Of a DNA stretch of 64,000 nucleotides, positions 8,580 to 14,640 are shown piece after piece. The DNA is from a virus. Below the pieces are notes generated by a model, which was not told where the DNA came from, did not search any database, and saw only the letters and a program-made list of their open reading frames with translations. A program made the translations under genes and the position numbers. The stretch spans positions 64,001 to 128,000 of IMG/VR virus record IMGVR_UViG_3300009008_000005; one strand, given 5' to 3'. Numbering within the stretch: the stretch's first letter is position 1; each line of letters begins with the position of its first letter.

Positions 8580-9119
8580 TCACGTCACCTTGATGAAGGG
8601 CTCCAGGTAGTCCTTCCAAAGCTCAGGCATGGACTCATCCCAACTCAAACCTGAAGCTACGAACCCTGGTAGGTTATCCGGCTTCTGGGGTCGCCTGACG
8701 AGATGCATCTTCGCCTCTGCGAGAGAAGCACCACCCTTCTTCTGGTTGCATCCATCGCAGCACGTAACGATATTCCCCCACGCCGTAGTTCCACCGGAAC
8801 ATCGAGGAATGACGTGGTCGACTGTCATGTCCCGCAACAGGATCTTTGTCTTGCAGTACTGACATCGACCCTTGTCCCGTAACCAGATATTCTTCCTGTT
8901 TAGACGTACGCCCCTCTTGAAGAAGAGGTTAGAATGCCTGTTGAACCTAACTACGGCTGGGGTCTTGTAGGTGCGGTCACTGTATGTGCGAATGATCTTG
9001 TCCGGGTCTTCGTACTCCTCCACTACAGAGGCCCTACCGGACAGCACCATAGTGATCGAATCGAACCAACCCACACAGCGGAGTGGAACATAACTACTGG
9101 ACAAGACTAAAGTTTCCAT
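8580..9119 (-). CDS. HNH endonuclease (McrA-like)
   Basis: LRDKGRCQYC ... TVDHVIPR..GG ... NIVTCCDGCNQKKG. Confidence 0.9.
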   Translation of the reverse strand: METLVLSSSYVPLRCVGWFDSITMVLSGRASVVEEYEDPDKIIRTYSDRTYKTPAVVRFNRHSNLFFKRGVRLNRKNIWLRDKGRCQYCKTKILLRDMTVDHVIPRCSGGTTAWGNIVTCCDGCNQKKGGASLAEAKMHLVRRPQKPDNLPGFVASGLSWDESMPELWKDYLEPFIKVT

Positions 9120-9172
9120 GACTACACCTCTCCTACCTCCCTTAGTGTAACAGTTTTAGCCACCACGTATTT

Positions 9173-9286
9173 CCTGCCCTCAACCCGACGATCCGCCGTG
9201 TGACGTCCCCAGGTTACTTAGGCCCTCCCCGCCGGGAGGGTACAACCCCAGCACCAACCGGCGTACACCCGGCGGTATTAGACAGG
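9173..9286 (-). ncRNA. Candidate structured RNA between tRNA-Ser(GCT) and HNH gene
   Basis: Nested stems CCTGTC/GGCAGG and CCGCCG/CGGCGG plus an internal CCCTCCC/GGGAGGG hairpin. Confidence 0.35.
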
Positions 9287-9289
9287 AAT

Positions 9290-9383
9290 TGGAGGATAGG
9301 GAGGGATTCGAACCCTCGGAGGACATCGCTGCCCTCACCGCCTTAGCAGGACGGCGCAATAAGCCAGACTCTGCCACCTATCC
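9290..9383 (-). tRNA. trnS: tRNA-Ser(GCT)
   Basis: Loop CT-GCT-AA, long variable arm, CCA encoded. Confidence 0.95.
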
Positions 9384-9386
9384 AAG

Positions 9387-9460
9387 TAGGGTGAGTGGGA
9401 TTCGAACCCACGATCCTCGGATTAAAAGTCCGATGCCTTACCAGACTTGGCCACCACCCT
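9387..9460 (-). tRNA. trnK: tRNA-Lys(TTT)
   Basis: Cloverleaf, loop CT-TTT-AA. Confidence 0.95.
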
Positions 9461-9464
9461 GTAG

Positions 9465-9538
9465 AGCCGGGAAGGGGAATCGAACCCCTGACCTGCGGAT
9501 TACAAAACCACTGCTACTACCAACTGAGCTACCCCGGC
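9465..9538 (-). tRNA. trnT: tRNA-Thr(TGT)
   Basis: Cloverleaf, loop TT-TGT-AA. Confidence 0.9.
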
Positions 9539-9539
9539 A

Positions 9540-9631
9540 TGGAGGAGCAGGAGGGATTCGAACCCCCGGAAGATGCATGCACCTTCGGTGGCTTTCAAGG
9601 CCACTGCGATCAACCGCTCTGCCACTGCTCC
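9540..9631 (-). tRNA. trnS: tRNA-Ser(TGA)
   Basis: Loop CT-TGA-AA, long variable arm, CCA encoded. Confidence 0.95.
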
Positions 9632-9683
9632 GTAAGGTTCTCCCAGTAAGGTTCTACTATATAGGAAGAACCGGAACCATCAG

Positions 9684-9756
9684 AGCCCGAGGCGGGATTC
9701 GAACCCGCAACCCCCTGCTTACGACACAGGTGCACAGCCAGTTGTGCTTCTCGGGC
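9684..9756 (-). tRNA. trnT: tRNA-Thr(CGT)
   Basis: Loop GT-CGT-AA; atypical A at position 8. Confidence 0.85.
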
Positions 9757-9757
9757 A

Positions 9758-9832
9758 TGGGCCCTCAGGGATTCGAACCCTGGATCGACCGGTTATGAGC
9801 CGGTGGCTTTAACCAGACTAAGCTAAAGGCCC
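9758..9832 (-). tRNA. tRNA(CAT), most likely Ile2 (lysidine type)
   Basis: Loop CT-CAT-AA; acceptor GGGCCTT resembles bacterial Ile2; elongator Met not excluded. Confidence 0.85.
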
Positions 9833-9833
9833 T

Positions 9834-10562
9834 CTAGACTTCGAGTACCATATCATTCCTGAATCGCTCGTCAATGCGGTGCCTGTACCCTCTTGGGTTG
9901 CAGACCACCAGAGTGTCGTGAATCTCGTACTCTGCGTGGTCGTGCATGTGTCCATGGACCCAGACGTTCGGCTTCAACTCCCGGATCACGCCCTCCAGAG
10001 GTGTGAAATAGAAGGCGTTCATCTCGGAGAACTTGTACCAGGGCATGACGCTCTGCTCTGAAGGGGCGTGGTGTGTGATTACCACGTCACCCTGAGAGAC
10101 ATTCTGCTTCAGGAACTCGACCGCCTCCTTGTTCGCATCGAAGACCCAGGATGCGAAGCGCTCGATGAGGTGGAAGTCGGACATCCCCCGCTGGTTCACT
10201 GGTAGCTCTGCCTGATACGAGGGTGGGAACCATAAGGTCGTCCCGTGGAAAGTTGTACCTTCTAGAGTCACACTGGAATTCTGGAGCGGGTATATCTGGT
10301 CTCCCCACTTGTTCTTTAGCCACTCGAACTTCTCCGCTACAGCCTCCCTGGATGCATGATAGTGCTCGTGATTCCCGGCTACGAGTATGAGGCGATCCCA
10401 CTTCTTCAGGATCTCACGTATAGGGGCTCCCAGCTGGTAGCAGATGCTTAGGTCCCCGGCTGAGATGAGTGTAGGTGCGACCGGCACAATCTCGTTGAAC
10501 GCCTCCCTGCCGGGGGATTTGTAGAACTCGATATGGAGGTCGGATACAGGTTGTACTAACAT
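9834..10562 (-). CDS. Calcineurin-like metallophosphoesterase
   Basis: SDLHIE, AGD, VAGNHEHY, ITHHAP, WVHGHMH, CNPRGY. Confidence 0.9.
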   Translation of the reverse strand: MLVQPVSDLHIEFYKSPGREAFNEIVPVAPTLISAGDLSICYQLGAPIREILKKWDRLILVAGNHEHYHASREAVAEKFEWLKNKWGDQIYPLQNSSVTLEGTTFHGTTLWFPPSYQAELPVNQRGMSDFHLIERFASWVFDANKEAVEFLKQNVSQGDVVITHHAPSEQSVMPWYKFSEMNAFYFTPLEGVIRELKPNVWVHGHMHDHAEYEIHDTLVVCNPRGYRHRIDERFRNDMVLEV

Positions 10563-10575
10563 GTGGCCTCCTTAG

Positions 10576-10648
10576 TAGGGTGGAGAGGACTCGAACCTCC
10601 AATCGCCGGATTAAGAGTCCGGTGCTGTTCCAGTTTAGCTACCACCCC
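10576..10648 (-). tRNA. trnK: tRNA-Lys(CTT)
   Basis: Cloverleaf, loop CT-CTT-AA. Confidence 0.95.
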
Positions 10649-10649
10649 A

Positions 10650-10741
10650 TGGAGGAGAGAAGGGGATTCGAACCCCTGGAGGACATCTCTGCCCTCAATG
10701 CCTTTCGAAGACACCGCAATAAACCACTCTGCCATCTCTCC
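10650..10741 (-). tRNA. trnS: tRNA-Ser(CGA)
   Basis: Loop TT-CGA-AA, long variable arm, CCA encoded. Confidence 0.95.
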
Positions 10742-10746
10742 ACTAG

Positions 10747-10819
10747 CAGGGGTACAGGGATTCGAACCCCGGACATCCGGCTCCAAAGGCCAGCGTTCTA
10801 CCAGCTGAACTATACCCCT
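10747..10819 (-). tRNA. trnQ: tRNA-Gln(TTG)
   Basis: Cloverleaf, loop CT-TTG-GA. Confidence 0.93.
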
Positions 10820-10833
10820 ATTTCGCCGAAATA
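10819..10833. promoter_or_regulatory. 15-bp palindromic operator between tRNA-Gln genes
   Basis: TATTTCGCCGAAATA. Confidence 0.7.
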
Positions 10834-10837
10834 CTAG

Positions 10838-10908
10838 CTAGGGCGGTAGGACTCGAACCTACGATCCCGGGACCAGAACCCGGAGCCTTACCACTTGGCT
10901 ACGCCCCA
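10838..10908 (-). tRNA. trnQ: tRNA-Gln(CTG)
   Basis: Cloverleaf, loop TT-CTG-GT. Confidence 0.95.
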
Positions 10909-10914
10909 ATACAG

Positions 10915-10985
10915 AGCGGGTAGACGGACTCGAACCGACGTAACCAGCTTGGAAGGCTGGTGTCCTACCATTGGACGATACCCGC
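10915..10985 (-). tRNA. trnG: tRNA-Gly(TCC)
   Basis: Loop CT-TCC-AA, U73. Confidence 0.95.
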
Positions 10986-10989
10986 ATAG

Positions 10990-11061
10990 TGACCCTGGGG
11001 GGAATCGAACCCCTCGTTACCGGGTTGAAAACCCGGCTTCCTACCATTGGAAGACAGGGCC
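10990..11061 (-). tRNA. trnE: tRNA-Glu(TTC)
   Basis: Cloverleaf, loop TT-TTC-AA. Confidence 0.95.
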
Positions 11062-11063
11062 GG

Positions 11064-11136
11064 AGAGCACGGTGGGCTACGATCCCACGATCTTCGGTTT
11101 TGCAGACCGACGTCTTACCAACTCGACCACGTGCTC
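11064..11136 (-). tRNA. trnC: tRNA-Cys(GCA)
   Basis: Loop CT-GCA-AA, U73; atypical T-loop ATCGTAG. Confidence 0.85.
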
Positions 11137-11140
11137 GCAG

Positions 11141-11212
11141 AGCCAGGACCGGGACTCGAACCCGGACTACCGCCATACCACAGCGGGGTACTACCATTGA
11201 TACGATCCCGGC
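11141..11212 (-). tRNA. trnT: tRNA-Thr(GGT)
   Basis: Cloverleaf, loop GT-GGT-AT. Confidence 0.88.
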
Positions 11213-11216
11213 GTAG

Positions 11217-11288
11217 AGCGGATGATGGGATTCGAACCCACAACGTCCTGCATGGCAAGCAGGGACTCTACCATTGAGCTACATCCGC
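11217..11288 (-). tRNA. trnG: tRNA-Gly(GCC)
   Basis: Loop TT-GCC-AT, U73. Confidence 0.95.
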
Positions 11289-11623
11289 TTATTCCACTCA
11301 TCCTCGAAGAAGTCTTCCACCCAGTCGTGGTAGTCCAACTTAGCCTCATCTTGCATGGTTTCATAGTAGGCTTCGGATCCTCTGCAGTAGGTGGAAGGAG
11401 TCTTCCTCTTTACTGACAGCCACTGCCATGCACCACAGTTCTGACACTGAGCTTCCTCTACATCCTTGGAGCCGATTACCTTCCCCTCCGAATTGTATTC
11501 GTACTTAGTGCCCCACTGATACTGTGGGAGATCCCCAGCCCCACAAAGGAGGCAGTTGTAATGGATTCCACGGGCCTCTACGGTTCCACCATGAACCGCC
11601 CAGCCGCCACCTTTAGTAGGCAT
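11279..11623 (-). CDS. Zn-ribbon protein within the tRNA array
   Basis: CLLC and CQNC pairs; fills the gap between tRNA genes. Confidence 0.65.
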   Translation of the reverse strand: MPTKGGGWAVHGGTVEARGIHYNCLLCGAGDLPQYQWGTKYEYNSEGKVIGSKDVEEAQCQNCGAWQWLSVKRKTPSTYCRGSEAYYETMQDEAKLDYHDWVEDFFEDEWNKRM

Positions 11624-11657
11624 TAGGTCCCCCTTTAGAATACAGTAGCATATAGTA

Positions 11658-11732
11658 TGGTGGGGGTGGAGGGATTCGAACCCCCGTGTGTCGGCGTGTA
11701 AAACCGATGTCTTCCCACTTGACGACACCCCC
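11658..11732 (-). tRNA. trnV: tRNA-Val(TAC)
   Basis: Loop TT-TAC-AC, CCA encoded. Confidence 0.93.
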
Positions 11733-11736
11733 ATAG

Positions 11737-11809
11737 TGGACCCTACCGGACTCGAACCGGTCACCTCCGCCGTGCAAAAGCGGCATTCTCCCAGATGAAC
11801 TAAGGGCCC
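11737..11809 (-). tRNA. trnA: tRNA-Ala(TGC)
   Basis: Loop TT-TGC-AC, G3:U70 pair. Confidence 0.95.
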
Positions 11810-11812
11810 ATA

Positions 11813-12100
11813 TTATTTTCTCTTCCTGCGCCGAGCCTCCCGCATCCTATCAGCGTTCGCCCTACGGCAGTCCTGGCATCTGCACCCATCACGACTGTAC
11901 CGACCATACTCGCCGTGAGCGTACTCTTTCTTCTTACGAGTAGTCCACCCAGCCAAAGCAGCATGTGACTCAGAACAGAAAAACCTCTCCTGGTCACGGG
12001 GACCGACATCGCAAAGGAGATGCAGAAAAAGGGTAACAAGGTTCGGAAGGGGGCAAGAAAGGGGGCAAGAGCGGAATCCTTTGTCAATACTCGTCCGCAT
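11813..12100 (-). CDS. Small Cys-rich basic protein
   Basis: FCSESH and HGEYGRYSRDGCRCQDCRRAN motifs, similar to HNH-associated Zn modules. Confidence 0.5.
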   Translation of the reverse strand: MRTSIDKGFRSCPLSCPLPNLVTLFLHLLCDVGPRDQERFFCSESHAALAGWTTRKKKEYAHGEYGRYSRDGCRCQDCRRANADRMREARRRKRK

Positions 12101-12117
12101 CCATTTGTGCTACATAG

Positions 12118-12193
12118 AGGAAGTGGTGGGATTTGAACCCACGACCTCAGGCTTCGGAGACCTGTGCTCTATTCCAAGCTGAGCTACACTTCC
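12118..12193 (-). tRNA. trnR: tRNA-Arg(CCG)
   Basis: Cloverleaf, loop CT-CCG-AA. Confidence 0.95.
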
Positions 12194-12195
12194 AA

Positions 12196-12274
12196 TGGTA
12201 GGAGTGGAGGGATTCGAACCCCCGACACCCGGCTCCGTAGACCGGTGCTCTGGTCCAGACTGAGCTACACTCCT
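12196..12274 (-). tRNA. trnR: tRNA-Arg(ACG)
   Basis: Loop CT-ACG-GA, CCA encoded. Confidence 0.95.
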
Positions 12275-12276
12275 AT

Positions 12277-12312
12277 GCGGCGGGGTGCCTATCCAGACTA
12301 GACTACACCCTC
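12277..12312 (-). pseudogene. Orphan 5' half of a tRNA
   Basis: GAGGGTG-TA-GTCT..AGGC-A-CCCCG, then truncated; D arm resembles Arg(TCT). Confidence 0.6.
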
Positions 12313-12313
12313 G

Positions 12314-12391
12314 TGGTCGGAATGGCCGGATTCGAACCCACGATTTCCGCCTTGAGAGGGCGGCGTCCTAAGCCAGCTAGACTACAGGGCC
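12314..12391 (-). pseudogene. Chimeric tRNA-Glu(CTC) with non-matching 3' end
   Basis: 5' GGCCCTG, loop CT-CTC-AA; 3' strand CATTCCG-A-CCA does not pair and the T stem is broken. Confidence 0.75.
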
Positions 12392-12395
12392 ATAG

Positions 12396-12468
12396 CACCC
12401 CCGACAGGACTCGAACCTGCATATCCCTGATTAGAAGTCAGGTGCCTGTCCAGTTAGACTACGGGGGT
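12396..12468 (-). tRNA. trnR: tRNA-Arg(TCT)
   Basis: Cloverleaf, loop CT-TCT-AA. Confidence 0.95.
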
Positions 12469-12469
12469 A

Positions 12470-12562
12470 TGGTGGGGAGAGAGGGATTCGAACCCCCAAT
12501 GTTCACTCATTAGAGAACGGATTTACAGTCCGTCGCAGAACCTCCATCTCTGCAGTCTCCCC
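12470..12562 (-). tRNA. trnY: tRNA-Tyr(GTA)
   Basis: Loop CT-GTA-AA, long variable region, CCA encoded; D arm atypical. Confidence 0.88.
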
Positions 12563-12563
12563 T

Positions 12564-12641
12564 TGGTGCGCTAGGGAGGACTCGAACCTCCAACATCCGG
12601 CCTCTCAGACCGGCGACTCTACCAGATTGGCCTACTAGCGC
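12564..12641 (-). tRNA. trnL: tRNA-Leu(GAG), short variable loop
   Basis: Loop CT-GAG-AG, A73, CCA, variable loop ATGTT. Confidence 0.92.
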
Positions 12642-12712
12642 ATGTGACATGGTGGTGGTGCTGGAGAACCCAGCTCCGGGAAATCCGAGGAAAAGGCCAC
12701 CACCATGTCGAG

Positions 12713-12788
12713 TCCCCACGGAGGGATTCGAACCCCCAACATCTGGTTCCTGAAACCAGCGACTCTACCTAAGTTGGCCCACGTGGGG
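12713..12788 (-). tRNA. trnL: tRNA-Leu(CAG), short variable loop
   Basis: Loop TT-CAG-GA, variable loop ATGTT. Confidence 0.92.
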
Positions 12789-12797
12789 AAAGAGCAG

Positions 12798-12871
12798 TAC
12801 CCGCAGTGGGACTCGAACCCACAACCTCTGGCTCCTAAAGCCAGCGCCTCTACCAGTTGGGCTACACGGGC
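12798..12871 (-). tRNA. trnL: tRNA-Leu(TAG), short variable loop
   Basis: Loop TT-TAG-GA, variable loop AGGTT. Confidence 0.92.
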
Positions 12872-12875
12872 GTAG

Positions 12876-12949
12876 TACCTAGGGTGGGACTCGAACCCAC
12901 AACTTCCGGATTTTAAATCCGGCACCTCTACCAGTTGGGCTACCCAGGC
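12876..12949 (-). tRNA. trnL: tRNA-Leu(TAA), short variable loop
   Basis: Loop TT-TAA-AA, variable loop AAGTT. Confidence 0.92.
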
Positions 12950-12953
12950 CTAG

Positions 12954-13028
12954 TAGCCACGGCGGGATTCGAACCCGCAACCTCTGGATTTTGAATCCAG
13001 CGCCTCTGCCGGATTGGGCTACGTGGCC
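12954..13028 (-). tRNA. trnL: tRNA-Leu(CAA), short variable loop
   Basis: Loop TT-CAA-AA, variable loop AGGTT. Confidence 0.92.
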
Positions 13029-13029
13029 A

Positions 13030-13106
13030 TGGCAGGTGGACCGAGACTCGAACTCGGAATCGCCGGATTTGGAGTCCGGTGCCTTATCCAATTTGGCCAT
13101 CCACCC
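13030..13106 (-). tRNA. trnW: tRNA-Trp(CCA)
   Basis: Loop CT-CCA-AA, G73, CCA encoded. Confidence 0.95.
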
Positions 13107-13136
13107 TCATTCCATATCCTAGAATATGGAATTTCG

Positions 13137-13210
13137 CACCCCCGGCAGGATTCGAACCTGCGACTTACGGATTAGGAATCCGTCGCCCTATCCAGCTGGG
13201 CCACGGGGGT
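13137..13210 (-). tRNA. trnR: tRNA-Arg(CCT)
   Basis: Cloverleaf, loop TT-CCT-AA. Confidence 0.95.
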
Positions 13211-13246
13211 ATAGGGAACCTGATTGTCAAAGACCGACTTTCACAG

Positions 13247-13319
13247 CGGGCAAGGTGGGGCTCGAACCCACATACTTCCGGTTAACAGCCGGATGCTGAG
13301 CCTGTTCAGCTACTCACCC
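13247..13319 (-). tRNA. trnN: tRNA-Asn(GTT)
   Basis: Loop CT-GTT-AA, G73. Confidence 0.92.
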
Positions 13320-13322
13320 AAA

Positions 13323-13417
13323 GGGAAGTGGTCCGGCTTTGAACCGGAATCCCCGAGCTACCTTTCGGTGTTCGCCCGGTGCTCTAACCTTGAGCTACCA
13401 CTCCACATCCACTTCCC
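13323..13417 (-). ncRNA. tRNA-like RNA with a 17-nt anticodon loop containing a GAAA hairpin
   Basis: Intact acceptor, D and T arms; loop CGAAC-ACC-GAAA-GGT-AG. Confidence 0.65.
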
Positions 13418-13419
13418 GG

Positions 13420-13492
13420 GGTGTGCGACGGGGATCGAACCCGCACCCTCCGGCACCACAAACCGGCGCTCTCCCACTTGAGCTTCGCACAC
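13420..13492 (-). tRNA. trnH: tRNA-His(GTG)
   Basis: Loop TT-GTG-GT, C73; genomic -1 base is T. Confidence 0.9.
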
Positions 13493-13494
13493 AG

Positions 13495-13565
13495 CGAGGA
13501 TGACGGGACTCGAACCCGCTTTATCGGATAGACAGTCCGATGCCTTTCCTAATGGCTACATCCCC
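13495..13565 (-). tRNA. trnD: tRNA-Asp(GTC)
   Basis: Loop CT-GTC-TA, G73. Confidence 0.93.
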
Positions 13566-13584
13566 AGAGGTCCTCAAAGAACAG

Positions 13585-13656
13585 TAGCGGGACCGGGATT
13601 TGAACCCGGATGTCCTGGGTTATGGGCCCAGTGAGTTACCAATACTCTACCCCGCT
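13585..13656 (-). tRNA. Initiator tRNA-Met(CAT)
   Basis: GGG/CCC anticodon stem, T-loop TTCAAAT, A1:U72. Confidence 0.9.
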
Positions 13657-13755
13657 ATAGACAGCACTGACTTACTTCTCCAGTCAGGTGAGGCCAGACG
13701 TTCGGCCAGTACTGTCAGGCTCCAGTACGTGCCCATGGGAGGCGTACTGGAACAG

Positions 13756-13829
13756 TGGACCCAGGCGGAATTGAACCGCCGACACCTCGGTCTTCAGCCG
13801 AGTGCTCTACCGAACTGAGCTACAGGTCC
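13756..13829 (-). tRNA. trnF: tRNA-Phe(GAA)
   Basis: Cloverleaf, loop CT-GAA-GA. Confidence 0.95.
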
Positions 13830-13830
13830 A

Positions 13831-14079
13831 TTACTTACGCATCAACTTCGGCTGCTCCTTCGGATCGAAGGACATCTTTCCGTCCTTATCGAAGCTCCAG
13901 ACATCCGATACCTCACGCATCTCCGGAAAGATCACATCTTCGTCCACCTCATAGGTAAGTTCTCCTAGTGCCTCCTTAACCTTGGAGCGAAGTTTTCTAT
14001 TTGCGAACCTCTTACCCTGCTTATCCGACGCCGCCTTGGTGATGCCGGTGATCGCTGTTTTCTGATAGGACCTACTCAT
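13831..14079 (-). CDS. Small basic phage protein
   Basis: MSRSYQKT ... DKQGKRFANRKLR ... DVWSFDKDGK; GGAGG RBS. Confidence 0.75.
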   Translation of the reverse strand: MSRSYQKTAITGITKAASDKQGKRFANRKLRSKVKEALGELTYEVDEDVIFPEMREVSDVWSFDKDGKMSFDPKEQPKLMRK

Positions 14080-14093
14080 ATGGACCTCCGAAG

Positions 14094-14167
14094 TTCCTGC
14101 GAGTGGATTTGAACCACTGACCTCTCGGTTATCAGCCAAGGGCTCTACCGGACTGAGCTACGCAGGA
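14094..14167 (-). tRNA. trnI: tRNA-Ile(GAT)
   Basis: Cloverleaf, loop CT-GAT-AA. Confidence 0.95.
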
Positions 14168-14354
14168 TTGTGTGAGAAAACCGCCGTGGGCTAGGAAAGA
14201 ATCTGATTGCCAGAGAGCGCACACAACCGTTTACCGGCCTCGGGCCACGATCGCAAATAGCGATCATGAGACCTCCCGGTAAATGACATATGTGTTCTCG
14301 CCAGCAAGCTGACCTCCTACGGCTACGCTAATCGTACGGCGTAGATATTCCGTG

Positions 14355-14430
14355 TCAACAAGAATCTTATACCAGGAACAAAAAAATTTTAGACCTTGGG
14401 AAAACCTGAGCCCTACACGGCATAAGAGTA
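14355..14430. promoter_or_regulatory. Divergent ATAAGA promoter-like motifs (tRNA array leftward, ncRNA rightward)
   Basis: TCTTAT at 14365-14370 (minus) and ATAAGA at 14422 (plus). Confidence 0.55.
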
Positions 14431-14438
14431 GTGTAAGG

Positions 14439-14556
14439 TCAGGCCTCTCCGCCGAGAATGTGCTGTCTTATGCAGTACCTAAACCACCCCGGGGAAGCAC
14501 TAAACCCAGGAGTCGTAGGTGCATACTAGGCAGGCGGAGAGGCGAGGAAGGCCTGA
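14439..14556 (+). ncRNA. Candidate rod-shaped small RNA
   Basis: TCAGGCCT/AGGCCTGA, CTCCGCC/GGCGGAG and TATGCA/TGCATA stems between a promoter motif and a terminator. Confidence 0.5.
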
Positions 14557-14640
14557 AAAGGGGAGGGGACCGCAATCCACTCCTCTTTTACCTAGAGACG
14601 AGTGCTGCACTTCCCGCAGAACTTGTTAGCCGAGCTAGAC

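Noticed and set aside
9180-13958. Many 60-170 aa ORFs in the track over the tRNA array
   Set aside because: They are translations of tRNA sequence (GFEP/GSNP repeats) with no RBS
8469-14167. CRISPR array or tandem repeat suggested by recurring GGATTCGAACC
   Set aside because: These are the T arms of consecutive minus-strand tRNA genes; there is no repeat-spacer periodicity
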